From the IMG/VR virus record IMGVR_UViG_3300031654_000269, positions 2,446-66,445 of that record: 64,000 bases of DNA, one strand, 5' to 3'. Below the pieces are notes generated by a model. It had not been told where the DNA came from. It saw only the letters and a program-made list of their open reading frames with translations, and searched no databases. Source of the DNA: a virus. Below, piece by piece: positions 25,339 through 35,955 of the stretch. The position numbers and the translations under genes are program-made. Positions within the stretch are counted from its first letter, which is position 1. Each line of letters begins with the position of its first letter.

Positions 25339-27750
25339 ATGAAAAAGATTTTAATTATATTACTACTAACTTTATCAACTTGGGCTTTTGCTGAATATGA
25401 TAGCACGTATGTCTTAGCTATAAAGCAGAAATTTGCTATTCCTGAAGATGTGGAGAATGGAGATTATCTGGATTATTGGATAATTAATCGAACATGGATG
25501 AAAGGAGCGGAGAGTTCGGCTACATTTGAGATAACCACCAATTTCAATAATGCTTTTGCGATTAATGCAAGCACAGGACTTCTTACTGTTGCTGACTATA
25601 CTCAAATTAACGGAAAAATCGTTCAACAAGACACGATAATTAATCTTATAATAAAAAGCACTGAGTCTGGATTTATTGAATACGACACTGCCGAGGTTCA
25701 TGTGAAAGAGGCTTCATTTTGTAGATTTTACTCGAATTCAGGAACAAGTACAACAGCAGACACTACCAGGAGCAGTCCGCATGATGTTTTGGTTTTAGCT
25801 GATGTGAAAGCAGGTTTTGGGATATTTTTAAAACGCGGAGATGTATGGGACAATCCGCAATTAGCATTAGTTGGGTTGATTGCTTCAGGAACAAACCCAA
25901 CTGTTTTCGGCTCTTATGGTACTGGCGCAAGGGCAGCATTTAAACGAACAACTGGCACAGATCCGGCGTTTAAAATCGGGGGTAATTGGGATGCTGATAG
26001 TGCAGCTAACAAATGTTTTTACATGGATTTGTATGCTTTGGATTTCAGGTTATTTTATGGGGCTGCTTGTTATGTAACAAGGCCAAGTAACTATGTAGGC
26101 TGGTATGGTTGTAATTTTAACAATTGTAATACCGATAAAACAGGAGAAGCCTCTCTGGTTATTAGAAACGAATTTCCTGATTTCGGTTCGGTTGGAGATT
26201 CAAGTCTAACTCTTGATTTTGATATATGGAATTGTTCATTCGATACGACTTCTAATAGTGATGTAGTGGGTGCTGATAAATCATTTATGAAGACAGGAGC
26301 TACGGTTAGAGTTTATAATTGTCATTTCGGACTTATAGATGATACTGATTATAACGAAGGTCAGGGGGTGAGGTTTACGGCTGGCCGATGCCAACATATA
26401 AAACATTGTGATATTACTCTAGGTATAACTTCAGGAATAGGGTCAAGGACAAACATACAATTAAGAGCAGATTATGTAACTATTGAAGATTGTATAATTA
26501 ATGGTGGAGCAAGTGGAATGTACTTCACAAATGTAGGAAGCCATGAGGAAACTTATCCTGATCATGTAACTGTCAAAAATTGCTGGATATATAATACAGA
26601 TGTAGCAACGATTTATTGTTATAAGTCAAATACGAGTAGCGTTTATAGTTCCAGGTATAATGTAGTTGAAAATAACTTATTGAGTTCTGATGCAAATGCT
26701 ATGATTTTGGAAGATTGGGAGGAGTCAGATATAAGGTATAACACTATTTATGGAAGTACAGGAGGAATCACAACTTCGTACGATTTTGATAATAATGATA
26801 TCTATTACAATATATTTTATGATAATAGCGGAAATGATATTTATTTAACTGTAGGAGATGGAAGTGAAATCTATAACAACACAGTTGATGGAGTAATCAA
26901 TTGCACAGATGCTAGTTCAGAAATAGCACGTAATAATTTTTATACTTCTATTACAAGTGTAGAGACTAATTCAAATGGTATTGATCTCGATGATATCACA
27001 CCTGCTGTTTATTTTACTGATTATGCCGGACACGATTATAGTTTAAAAGAAACCGCCGTTCTTGCAATTGACTTGGGTTATGATTGGGAACAGACACGGG
27101 ATATCTTAGGGAATACTAAATTAGGTGACGAATGGGATATCGGAGCTTATGAGTTACAGGATGAGGAAGATCCAACGGTCACTTGCATAGATGATCCGAC
27201 CAAAAGTGCTGATGAAGGTCAATGTTATTATACAGTAGTGGGAACTGAATTTGATACTGTAAGTAGTTCAGATAATGTTGGAGTGGTTTCTGTGATTAAT
27301 GACTTTAACGATCTTACAACTCTTGCAGGGGAACAAATCCCTGATGGTACAACTATTGAGTGGATGGTTACAGATGCTGCGAGTAATACAGGGACTTGTA
27401 GTTTTACTGTTACCGTTACCGATGATGAAGATCCAACAATCGGTTGTATAGAGAATCAAACTAAAGATGCCGATGAAGGTGAATCTTATTATACAGTGGT
27501 AGAAGATGAGTTTGATCCAACTGCCACGGGGGACAATTGTGGAGTAGCTAGTACGTTGAATGATTTTAATGATGAGGGAACTTTAGCAGGAGCCCAAATT
27601 CCAGACGGTACTACGATTACATGGACTATCACTGATGAATCAAGTAATACAAATGATTGTAGTTTTACTGTTACCGTTACCGTAGAAGAGGAGGAAACAA
27701 CTTCTTATGGGCATGCGGACAGAGTACCACGACCAGTAACACGAAAGTAA
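25339..27750 (+). CDS. Secreted multidomain protein: cadherin-like, beta-helix, DIGAYE motif and two HYR-like repeats
   Basis: MKKILIILLLTLSTWAFA signal; FAINASTGLLTV; IYNNTV; WDIGAYE; two 87-aa C-terminal repeats. Confidence 0.75.
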   Translation: MKKILIILLLTLSTWAFAEYDSTYVLAIKQKFAIPEDVENGDYLDYWIINRTWMKGAESSATFEITTNFNNAFAINASTGLLTVADYTQINGKIVQQDTIINLIIKSTESGFIEYDTAEVHVKEASFCRFYSNSGTSTTADTTRSSPHDVLVLADVKAGFGIFLKRGDVWDNPQLALVGLIASGTNPTVFGSYGTGARAAFKRTTGTDPAFKIGGNWDADSAANKCFYMDLYALDFRLFYGAACYVTRPSNYVGWYGCNFNNCNTDKTGEASLVIRNEFPDFGSVGDSSLTLDFDIWNCSFDTTSNSDVVGADKSFMKTGATVRVYNCHFGLIDDTDYNEGQGVRFTAGRCQHIKHCDITLGITSGIGSRTNIQLRADYVTIEDCIINGGASGMYFTNVGSHEETYPDHVTVKNCWIYNTDVATIYCYKSNTSSVYSSRYNVVENNLLSSDANAMILEDWEESDIRYNTIYGSTGGITTSYDFDNNDIYYNIFYDNSGNDIYLTVGDGSEIYNNTVDGVINCTDASSEIARNNFYTSITSVETNSNGIDLDDITPAVYFTDYAGHDYSLKETAVLAIDLGYDWEQTRDILGNTKLGDEWDIGAYELQDEEDPTVTCIDDPTKSADEGQCYYTVVGTEFDTVSSSDNVGVVSVINDFNDLTTLAGEQIPDGTTIEWMVTDAASNTGTCSFTVTVTDDEDPTIGCIENQTKDADEGESYYTVVEDEFDPTATGDNCGVASTLNDFNDEGTLAGAQIPDGTTITWTITDESSNTNDCSFTVTVTVEEEETTSYGHADRVPRPVTRK
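27160..27684 (+). repeat. Tandem coding duplication with a 261-nt unit (HYR-like)
   Basis: DEEDPTVTC...CSFTVTVT and DDEDPTIGC...CSFTVTVT. Confidence 0.85.
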
Positions 27751-27816
27751 TAATGACAAGCAAAATAGGAATTGAAGTAGAATGTGCCATATTATTAACA
27801 ATTAATAATTACTGAA

Positions 27817-28125
27817 ATGGCAGAAAAATGTACACAAATTGGGACTATTTCTAAATTGAATAGTGAAGTGGCTGACCTATCTAAAATTGTAAAGGGTAAT
27901 GGTAATAAAGGTATTTATAAAACAATGATAGAAGTCAATCAGACTGTCATGACTTTAAATGAATCAGTTAAGTTATTACGTACAGCGGTAAGTGGACTCA
28001 CTAAATTCCAAATAGAAGTAGAGACGGAAATTCGGTTAACAGCTAGTCGAAAAACTAATATTAAATGGTTAGTTGGTACAATTATAGCATTAACTGGATT
28101 AGTTATAACTCTTATATTAGTTTAA
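27817..28125 (+). CDS. Coiled-coil protein with a C-terminal TM helix
   Basis: C-terminal WLVGTIIALTGLVITLILV. Confidence 0.7.
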   Translation: MAEKCTQIGTISKLNSEVADLSKIVKGNGNKGIYKTMIEVNQTVMTLNESVKLLRTAVSGLTKFQIEVETEIRLTASRKTNIKWLVGTIIALTGLVITLILV

Positions 28126-28127
28126 AC

Positions 28128-29585
28128 ATGGAACGCACTAAAGAAAAAACAAACGGTCACGCTGATCCTCAAACGATAGAGGCTTTACAGCAAAGGATTC
28201 ATACATTGAGTATGATTACTGCCCGGGCAACATTGGCCACTCGTCTTGGTCTTTCATACGGTAACGACCGAGACATTTATCAAGCTCTTGGTTATAAGTT
28301 GGATTTGACGTGGGATGATTATTACGCTCAATACACCAGACAGGATGCTGCAAAAGCCATAATTGATCGGCCGGTACAGGCTACATGGCAAGGTGAGTTC
28401 GGAGTATTAGAGGCAAAAGATGACAAGGAAACCCAGTTTGAAAAGGCTTGGAAGGTATTGGATGATAAGCTGAAGTTCAAAGCAAAATTCTCCCGTCTTG
28501 ATCGCTTGACAGGTATTGGTGATTATGGAATATTGTTACTCGGTTTGGATGATGTAAAGAGAAAAGAAGATTATTTACAACCGGTGACAGGAAAAAGGAA
28601 ATTACTTTATATCATGCCTTTTGGTTCAGGACATGCTAAGATATCTAAATGGGAAAGTCGTCCTGCTAATGAACGGTATGGTCAACCGCTGACTTATGAT
28701 ATTGAAGTTTCAAATGCTGAGGGTACAAGCTCTTCAACACTCCGGGTACATCATTCACGGGTGATTCATATCGTGGATAATCCGCTGGAGAATGAAGTAA
28801 AAGGAACACCGAGATTGGAAGCTGTATTTAATCGGCTGAAAGATATTGAAAAAGTGATAGGAGGTAGTGCTGAGATGTTTTGGCGGGGTGCCAGACCGGG
28901 ATACCAAGCTAAAGTGGATCCAGATTATACTATGACTCAGCCACAGATTGATGATCTTCAGAATCAGATAGATGAGTATGAAAACAACCTGCGGAGAATC
29001 CTGAAATTAGAAGGTGTTTCGATGGATAGTTTGGAAATGCAGGTTGCCAGCCCGAAAGATCATGTGGATATTCAAATACAAATGATTTCTATGGTGACAG
29101 GGATACCAAAAAGGATTTTAACGGGAAGTGAACGAGGGGAGTTATCATCCGGACAGGATAAGTCAGAATGGTTAACCTGGGTAAAGAATAGGAGGGGTGA
29201 ATTTGCAGAACCGGTTATTGTACGTCCGTTTGTTGATAGGTGTATTGAATATGGAATACTTCCAAAACCAAAAAATGGTGAATATTCAGTAGAATGGGAG
29301 GATTTATTTTCAGCTAGTGAAAAGGAAAAGGCTGAGGTAGGTAAAATACGGGCAGGAGCTTTGAAGGATTATGTGACTCAGAATGCCACTTATATTATAC
29401 CACCGGAAGCATTTATGAAATACTTCCTCGGATTTGATGATGACGCTATTTCTCAGATACAAGAGATGCTGGAGGCTGTAAAAGCTGAAGAACCTGAAGT
29501 GACTCCTGAGGAGCAGGCAATGCTGGCTGAAGAGGAACGGCAACGACAATTATTAGAACAACAGAATCAAAAAGTGAATGAGTGA
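28128..29585 (+). CDS. Portal protein (DUF1073-like)
   Basis: AKAIIDRP, VHHSRVIH, TGIPKRILTG; head-module position; start reassigned to 28128. Confidence 0.88.
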   Translation: MERTKEKTNGHADPQTIEALQQRIHTLSMITARATLATRLGLSYGNDRDIYQALGYKLDLTWDDYYAQYTRQDAAKAIIDRPVQATWQGEFGVLEAKDDKETQFEKAWKVLDDKLKFKAKFSRLDRLTGIGDYGILLLGLDDVKRKEDYLQPVTGKRKLLYIMPFGSGHAKISKWESRPANERYGQPLTYDIEVSNAEGTSSSTLRVHHSRVIHIVDNPLENEVKGTPRLEAVFNRLKDIEKVIGGSAEMFWRGARPGYQAKVDPDYTMTQPQIDDLQNQIDEYENNLRRILKLEGVSMDSLEMQVASPKDHVDIQIQMISMVTGIPKRILTGSERGELSSGQDKSEWLTWVKNRRGEFAEPVIVRPFVDRCIEYGILPKPKNGEYSVEWEDLFSASEKEKAEVGKIRAGALKDYVTQNATYIIPPEAFMKYFLGFDDDAISQIQEMLEAVKAEEPEVTPEEQAMLAEEERQRQLLEQQNQKVNE

Positions 29586-30549
29586 AGTTTGTGAACACAT
29601 AGAAAAAAGATCAATCAATTTTGTTGTAAACGCTCAGCAGCGATATGATCCTACCCGGACTACATCGTTGCGGAATGCTTTTGCAGCACAATTGCGTAAA
29701 CGCTTCCGTGAGGTACAAGGAGCAATCAACAAAGCAATTGTTACGAATGATTGTTTCGGATTAACACAGTCGGAAGGCACGAGAATTACGACATTACAAT
29801 TATCTCCTCCTGCTCCTGGAGCATTTGCTTTCACTCGTAGCTCAGACAAGGTTGAGGCATTCATGCAGTGGTTGCGGGAGCAGATTGATAAAGGATTACT
29901 TGAGGTAAGAACAATTCCACAAATAGGAATGGCAGCTGAAGAACCATGGACAAATCTATATATACAAGATTCTTACAAACGAGGAGTAATCAGAGCCAGG
30001 TATGAGTTGGATAAGGCTGGATTTGATGTACCAACGATGGATTATACCGGTGGAATTAACGCTTCGATGTCTACTCCGTTTCATACGGATCGGGTTGGAT
30101 TGCTATATACCCGAGTATTTGAAGACTTGAAAGGTATTACAAATGCCATGGCTCAACAAATTAGTAGAGTCTTGTCACAAGGAATTGCTGATGGGGATAA
30201 TCCAAGATTGCTAGCGAGAAAGTTAAATTCTGTTATAACTGGAGCTAATCTAGGTGATTTAGGAATAACAGATACACTGGGAAGGTTTATTCCAGCCCGA
30301 AGGAGAGCAGAAATTTTAGCTCGGACGGAAATCATACGGGCTCATCATCAAGCTACTATCCAAGAATATATGAATTGGGGAGCTGAAGGTGTAGTGGTAC
30401 AGGCTGAGTGGTCAACAGCTGGTGATGAGAGGGTTTGTGATATCTGTGCTAGTATGGAAGGGAATGTTTATACTTTGGATGTGATTATGAATATGATCCC
30501 ACTACATCCGCAGTGCCGGTGTATGGCTTTACCTTATAAAATAAGTTAA
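29578..30549 (+). CDS. Minor head protein (Mu gpF/SPP1 gp7 family)
   Basis: LARTEIIRA, DERVCDIC, PLHPQCRC. Confidence 0.9.
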   Translation: MSEVCEHIEKRSINFVVNAQQRYDPTRTTSLRNAFAAQLRKRFREVQGAINKAIVTNDCFGLTQSEGTRITTLQLSPPAPGAFAFTRSSDKVEAFMQWLREQIDKGLLEVRTIPQIGMAAEEPWTNLYIQDSYKRGVIRARYELDKAGFDVPTMDYTGGINASMSTPFHTDRVGLLYTRVFEDLKGITNAMAQQISRVLSQGIADGDNPRLLARKLNSVITGANLGDLGITDTLGRFIPARRRAEILARTEIIRAHHQATIQEYMNWGAEGVVVQAEWSTAGDERVCDICASMEGNVYTLDVIMNMIPLHPQCRCMALPYKIS

Positions 30550-30556
30550 TAAAGAT

Positions 30557-32068
30557 ATGAAAACATTAAAGTTTGTAATTGAAAGTAATGCCTCCTACAC
30601 AATTCGGACAGCGATGTACGAAGGACGGGAGCATATAATTGTCCCTGTGGTAATGATGGTTGAAGGGGTACATAATGGTTCTCGTGGACCGGTATTTCAT
30701 TCAGCCGAAGAACTCGGACATATACCACAGGCATTTAATGGAATTCCTGTAGTGATAAATCACCCACAGGATGAAAATAACGATTTTGTCTCTGCTAACT
30801 CTCCATCTATTATTGAGGAGATTGGGGTGGGGAAAATATTTAATACAAGATTTCAAGATAATAAACTTCGGGGTGAGGCATGGTTAGATGTCCAACGTTT
30901 AGCTGCTGTGTCACCTGAAGCTTTACAATACATTCGTAATAGTCAACCGTTGGAGGTCTCTCTTGGTATGTTTAACGATGAAGATCAAACTGAAGGAGAT
31001 TGGAATGGTGAGCATTATGAAGCAATAGCATACAACCATCGACCAGATCACCTGGCTCTTCTGCCCGGCGGAGTCGGAGCATGCTCATGGACTGATGGTT
31101 GTGGAATTCGTGTAAATAAGAAAGGAGGTAATGATGTGAGTGAAGCTACAAAGAAAACTGCTAAGACAGTAACTGAAACGCTTCAAGTAATGAAGGAATT
31201 TAGTAATGAGGGATTCTACTTACAAGAAATTGTATGCCATGTTGAACGTGGATACAAGGAGCTTGTAATAAATACTCAAGCTAAATTGGACAGAATGGAT
31301 GATGATATGAAGGTACATTTCTTACAAGAGATATTTGATGATTACATGGTGTATGAAGTACGCCGACGTGAGAACACTTCTCAAGGAAATGGTATTGAAT
31401 TGTATCGTCGTGATTACTCAATCGGAACGAACGGTGAAATTGAATTTACAAGTGATCCGGTAAGAGTGCAGCGGAATGTTGAATACGTTGTCCAGAAAGG
31501 ACTAAAGAGAACCAAATTTAATTCTAACAAAAATAACGAAAACATGAGTAAAACACATGATTGTGTAGACTGTGAAAAAAAGATTCAGGCATTAATTGTC
31601 AATGAAGATACACGGTTTACGGATGATGACCGGGAGTGGCTTACCACTTTGGGTGAAGATCAGTTGGATAAACTGGCTCCACCGGAAAAGAAACCTGAAG
31701 TTGTTGATGAAGGTAAGGAAAAGAAAGCTGAACCTGAAGTCAATAAGAAAAAGGGTGATGATGGAGAAGATGGAAAGAAAAGTGTAATGGAACTCCTTAC
31801 TGCTGAGCAGAAAGCTGCTTTGGCTTATGGTGAAAAGCAAATGAAAGCTCGGCAAGCTGAACTAATTCAATCAATTCAGGCTAATACTGAAAAAGTATGG
31901 ACTGACGAAGAATTGAATGCTATGGATTTGGAAGTACTGGAAAAAGTCGCTGAATCAGTGAAACCAGTTTCCGATTACTCTGCCGCTGGTGGAGCTACTA
32001 TAACAGATAACGTTGGTGAGGATAATCTTTATCCAGCCGGTATCGAAGTTGGTAAAGAAGATAAATAA
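30557..32068 (+). CDS. Prohead protease/scaffold (DUF2213-like)
   Basis: PVVINHP, EVSLG, DHLALLP..GACS; charged helical C-terminal half. Confidence 0.82.
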   Translation: MKTLKFVIESNASYTIRTAMYEGREHIIVPVVMMVEGVHNGSRGPVFHSAEELGHIPQAFNGIPVVINHPQDENNDFVSANSPSIIEEIGVGKIFNTRFQDNKLRGEAWLDVQRLAAVSPEALQYIRNSQPLEVSLGMFNDEDQTEGDWNGEHYEAIAYNHRPDHLALLPGGVGACSWTDGCGIRVNKKGGNDVSEATKKTAKTVTETLQVMKEFSNEGFYLQEIVCHVERGYKELVINTQAKLDRMDDDMKVHFLQEIFDDYMVYEVRRRENTSQGNGIELYRRDYSIGTNGEIEFTSDPVRVQRNVEYVVQKGLKRTKFNSNKNNENMSKTHDCVDCEKKIQALIVNEDTRFTDDDREWLTTLGEDQLDKLAPPEKKPEVVDEGKEKKAEPEVNKKKGDDGEDGKKSVMELLTAEQKAALAYGEKQMKARQAELIQSIQANTEKVWTDEELNAMDLEVLEKVAESVKPVSDYSAAGGATITDNVGEDNLYPAGIEVGKEDK

Positions 32069-32092
32069 TAATAACGGGAAGGAGGATACGTA

Positions 32093-32593
32093 ATGGCAAA
32101 AAACACAATTAAGCTAAAGAAATATCTGGATATCATTAATGAATATGAAGCAAATGCTGCTATCACACCAGGTATGTTGATTGAAGTGATGAGCACAGGA
32201 AAAGTCCGTGCTCACGCGACTGCTGGAGGTAATATACTTCCGATGATTGCTTTGGAAGATGAACTGCAAGGTAATGGAATTGATGATGATTACGCAGCTG
32301 CCGATCAGGTACAATGCTGGGTTCCTGTCAGAGGAGAGGAAGCCTATTTGATTTTGGAAGACGGAGAGACTGCTGTAATTGGATCATTACTTGAGTCTGC
32401 CGGTAACGGAAATGTACAAGTACATGTGCCGGATAAGGAAACTGTTGGAGCAGATTCCAGTGGAAACAGAACTACGATCTATGGAAATCAGATTGTAGGA
32501 ATTGCACTTGAAGCCAAAAATCTTGCTGAAAGCTCCGGTGGAGAATCCTCGGGATTAATGGGAAATCAGAGAATTGCAGTAAGAATACTTTAA
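32093..32593 (+). CDS. Head decoration/cement protein
   Basis: Lies between protease and MCP; AITPGMLI...IVGIALEA pattern. Confidence 0.7.
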   Translation: MAKNTIKLKKYLDIINEYEANAAITPGMLIEVMSTGKVRAHATAGGNILPMIALEDELQGNGIDDDYAAADQVQCWVPVRGEEAYLILEDGETAVIGSLLESAGNGNVQVHVPDKETVGADSSGNRTTIYGNQIVGIALEAKNLAESSGGESSGLMGNQRIAVRIL

Positions 32594-32615
32594 AATAGAA
32601 AAGGAGGAACTATAA

Positions 32616-33701
32616 ATGATTAAAGGAAACGTTGACTTATTGTCAAAGAATTCTGCGCAAGGTGAAGTGGCAGCTCAGATTATTGCTAACGGTCAGCTCA
32701 ATGTAGGACAATTACGTCCTTTCATTGGTCAGGACGGTCGAGCATATATCACTGCTTATTTGGGAGGCGATCCGAAGAAAAAGGAAAGTTATAAAACCGT
32801 TCCAATTAATACAAATGCTACACTGCGTAGAGATGAATGGAAACAGCTTGATGATGCTGTTCTAGGATTAGCAGAATTTCGGTTGGGAGGAGTTCAGGAC
32901 TTAATTGATAATGGACTTACTTTCAATCTGGGTAATGCTATGGGAACTACGGTACTTGAATACCATGATGTGAGTGATGCTATGGAAGCCGATCTGACGA
33001 TGGATGGGGTAACTCGTTCAAAAGGAGATCGACCTATATATACTACTCACTATTTACCGATTCCTATAATCCATGTTGATTATGAAATCAATACACGGGT
33101 ATTGGAAGCCAGTCGAAGAATGGGCAATCCACTCGATACAACCTCAGCCGAAAGAGCTGCAAGGAAGGTAAATGAAATGATGGAAACGATGCTTTTCACC
33201 AATACAACTTATACTTTTGGTGGAGGAATTATTTATTCATATGTAAATCATCCTCATAGAAATGGAGGTACTTTTACAGCTTGGAATAGTTCTGCAGCAA
33301 CTTCTGCCAGCATCGTTCAGGATGTGTTGGATATGAAACAAGCTGCTATTACTGATCATTATTATGGTGATTACATGTTGTATATCCCAACCGAATATGA
33401 AACAGTATTAGATGAAGATTATGATACTACCACACCTGGTACTACCATTCGTGAAAGGATTTTGAAGATTGGTAGTATTAAAGGGATAAAAGTAATTGAT
33501 ACTCTGGCAACAGGTACACTATTACTCGTATGTATGAGGAGTGATGTAGTACGGTTGGTTCGTGGACTTCCAATTCAGAATGTTGAATGGCAGACTGAAG
33601 GTAAGTTTATCAACAAATATAAAGTATTGACTATCCAGGTTCCGCAGATCAGAAGTGATCAGGAAAAACATTCTGGAATAGTTCATTACACGGCTGCTTA
33701 G
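32616..33701 (+). CDS. Major capsid protein (HK97 fold, encapsulin/linocin-like)
   Basis: ATLRRDEWKQLDDAV, PIPIIHVDY; strong RBS; position. Confidence 0.87.
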   Translation: MIKGNVDLLSKNSAQGEVAAQIIANGQLNVGQLRPFIGQDGRAYITAYLGGDPKKKESYKTVPINTNATLRRDEWKQLDDAVLGLAEFRLGGVQDLIDNGLTFNLGNAMGTTVLEYHDVSDAMEADLTMDGVTRSKGDRPIYTTHYLPIPIIHVDYEINTRVLEASRRMGNPLDTTSAERAARKVNEMMETMLFTNTTYTFGGGIIYSYVNHPHRNGGTFTAWNSSAATSASIVQDVLDMKQAAITDHYYGDYMLYIPTEYETVLDEDYDTTTPGTTIRERILKIGSIKGIKVIDTLATGTLLLVCMRSDVVRLVRGLPIQNVEWQTEGKFINKYKVLTIQVPQIRSDQEKHSGIVHYTAA

Positions 33702-33709
33702 CAGCTTTA

Positions 33710-33733
33710 GTCTCTAATCAAGAGACATTTTTA
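33710..33733 (+). promoter_or_regulatory. Conserved-loop hairpin after the major capsid gene
   Basis: GTCTC-TAATCAA-GAGAC-ATTTTTA; twin at 40466. Confidence 0.6.
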
Positions 33734-33755
33734 ATTTTTTAAAACAATTGTGATT

Positions 33756-34127
33756 ATGAAACGCACTAGTAAAAGTGACAAGTCAGAACGGACAGATCAA
33801 CCACGGTGGAGAAATACAAGTACTTCAACATTTCGTTTGAAGAGTGGGAAGGATATTCGGTTGATTAAACCCAATCAAGTATTTCTGGCTTCTCCAGCGG
33901 AAATTCCCGAAGGGATACGAGATATCATTGAATTACTTGATCCTGATCCAATGGAGGAAGAAGCAAAGAAGATACGACGTACAGAACCACCTGAATTTAC
34001 GGTTGAATCAAAAGGTGGAGGTTGGTATGATGTTGTGAATTCAGAAGGAAAGGCTATGAATGAGAAAGCCCTGCATAAAACTGAGGCTGAGGAGTTGAAA
34101 GCCAAACTTGAAGAGGTGGAGGAGTAA
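33756..34127 (+). CDS. Hypothetical head-associated protein
   Basis: C-terminal KGGGWYDV motif; follows the MCP gene. Confidence 0.7.
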   Translation: MKRTSKSDKSERTDQPRWRNTSTSTFRLKSGKDIRLIKPNQVFLASPAEIPEGIRDIIELLDPDPMEEEAKKIRRTEPPEFTVESKGGGWYDVVNSEGKAMNEKALHKTEAEELKAKLEEVEE

Positions 34128-34130
34128 GAG

Positions 34131-34811
34131 ATGCCGTGGCAGGTTCCAAATATATGGGAAGAGGGTGAGTGTTATATCATTGGTGGAGGTTTGTCGATGC
34201 CTCACCAATTTGGTGTACCAAAAGAGGTAGTTAAGTTAGTATTAGAGAAGGAAGCTACACCAGATATATACTCACCCTATCTTTCAGAATTACATGATAA
34301 ACATATAATTGGAGTTAACGCTGCATTCTATATCGGTAATTGGATTGAGGTTTGCTTTTTTGGTGATGCCGGATTCTTTTTACATAATCGTAAAGAGCTA
34401 GCGGATCATCCTGCTCTGAAGATTTCTACCAATGCAGCCGTCCGGGGATATCGATGGGTCAAGTATCTGAAACAAAGCCGTGAAAAGTCATTTGGGATAA
34501 CTCGGAAAAGAACGGAACTTGTGTGGGGAGTAAATAGTGGAGCAGCAGCAATAAATCTTGCCGTACATTTTGGAGTGAAGCGAATAATCTTATTAGGATT
34601 TGATTTAAAAATGGAAGGCATTAACTCTCATTGGCATAGTGTATATAAATCACGTGATGTTAAAAGTCAGGAGCATTCGTTTCATCGTCATCTACGATCA
34701 TTTCCAGCAATAGCCAAAGATGCTAAGAGAATGGGGGTGGAGATTATTAATGCAAATCCGGATAGTGCTTTAACAGAGTTCAAACGAGTATCATTGAAAG
34801 AAATATTATGA
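34131..34811 (+). CDS. Glycosyltransferase-like protein (DUF115/Maf-like)
   Basis: CYIIGGGLS, IIGVNAA, NSGAAAINLA..G.KRIILLGFD. Confidence 0.7.
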   Translation: MPWQVPNIWEEGECYIIGGGLSMPHQFGVPKEVVKLVLEKEATPDIYSPYLSELHDKHIIGVNAAFYIGNWIEVCFFGDAGFFLHNRKELADHPALKISTNAAVRGYRWVKYLKQSREKSFGITRKRTELVWGVNSGAAAINLAVHFGVKRIILLGFDLKMEGINSHWHSVYKSRDVKSQEHSFHRHLRSFPAIAKDAKRMGVEIINANPDSALTEFKRVSLKEIL

Positions 34812-35416
34812 TATCTGTAGCAATCATAGGGCATGGATCAAGTATTGAAGGGAGAGGATACGGAAAATTTATTGACTCCAATGATATTGTAATTCGTATG
34901 GCTGAATGTGATTGGCAAAATCATACCGATTATGGTATTAAATATGATATTGGAGTATTTGCGGAGGGACCATCCAAAAGTTGGGCTGAAAATTCTCAAC
35001 GGATTCCCAAATTGGAATACTGGTATTACAGGATGGATAAAAATATTCGAAATGAAGAGGATGTGATGAGTAAATTTAAAGATCGTCAGACGCGAGAGTT
35101 GCGAAATTCCGTATGGCAATATGTTAAACATCTCAAACCTGGTTTTCATTTTTCTCGTGGTACCGCCGCTGTAATTTCAGCTGCTAAATTATATCACCCA
35201 GTAGAAATATCATTGTTTGGATTTGATTCCGTAATAAATGGAACAAATGAAAAAACCGGTTCAAAACATCATCCTGATTTACTTACACAATATCTACCTA
35301 GTGATTATCACTTACCTAGAAATGGAAATACTCATGACTGGGAATCAGAAAAAAATTTAATGCAGACTCTTAGTTCTACTAAAGCAGTAGCAATATTAAC
35401 AAATATAATACAATGA
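34808..35416 (+). CDS. GT29 sialyltransferase-like glycosyltransferase
   Basis: Sialylmotif-L-like VAIIGHGSSI.G.GYGKFIDSNDIVIRM; S-like SRGTAA...SLFGFD; H..E.E. Confidence 0.72.
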   Translation: MISVAIIGHGSSIEGRGYGKFIDSNDIVIRMAECDWQNHTDYGIKYDIGVFAEGPSKSWAENSQRIPKLEYWYYRMDKNIRNEEDVMSKFKDRQTRELRNSVWQYVKHLKPGFHFSRGTAAVISAAKLYHPVEISLFGFDSVINGTNEKTGSKHHPDLLTQYLPSDYHLPRNGNTHDWESEKNLMQTLSSTKAVAILTNIIQ

Positions 35417-35955
35417 GAAAAACTATATCGGAAGAATATCAAGCCTTAAATGTTGAACATCATAACTCAAGGGTGTGGGGAGTTGCCGGAGGTAAATGGG
35501 TTAATTTAATTTCAGAAATACTCAAGCAAAATGATGCTAGAACTGTATTGGATTATGGAGCAGGAAGAGGAGTGTTGTCAGAAGGTTTGAGAGGAAAAGG
35601 ATATTTGGTGACTGAATACGATCCGGGAGTAATAGGAAAGGCATTAAAACCAGTTGATGGAATCGTATTTGATTATATAGTTTCCACTGATGTCTTTGAG
35701 CATATTGAACGGGAATTTGTTGAAAATGCCTTAGATGAGATTCGGGATTATATGAAGGTAGGAGGAGTCTTTGTAATTTGTTTAGGTATAGCTAAAAAGC
35801 ACTGGTTGAAAGATGGGAGGAATGCTCATGTATTAGTGCGCCCACGGGAATGGTGGAGGAAACAATTATTAAAGAGGTTCCCAGTAGTGAAAGAATTACC
35901 AGGTAGAAATTGGAAGTCTCGTGAAATGGTTGTGCATGTTAAAAAATTGAAATAA
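35413..35955 (+). CDS. Class I SAM-dependent methyltransferase
   Basis: VLDYGAGRG, YDPG, STDVFEHI. Confidence 0.88.
   Translation: MRKTISEEYQALNVEHHNSRVWGVAGGKWVNLISEILKQNDARTVLDYGAGRGVLSEGLRGKGYLVTEYDPGVIGKALKPVDGIVFDYIVSTDVFEHIEREFVENALDEIRDYMKVGGVFVICLGIAKKHWLKDGRNAHVLVRPREWWRKQLLKRFPVVKELPGRNWKSREMVVHVKKLK

Noticed and set aside
28128-29585. Anti-CBASS Acb1 label often attached to DUF1073 proteins
   Set aside because: Size, motifs and synteny fit a portal protein.
32616-33701. Encapsulin/linocin bacteriocin
   Set aside because: Its position after portal, protease and decoration genes identifies it as the major capsid protein.
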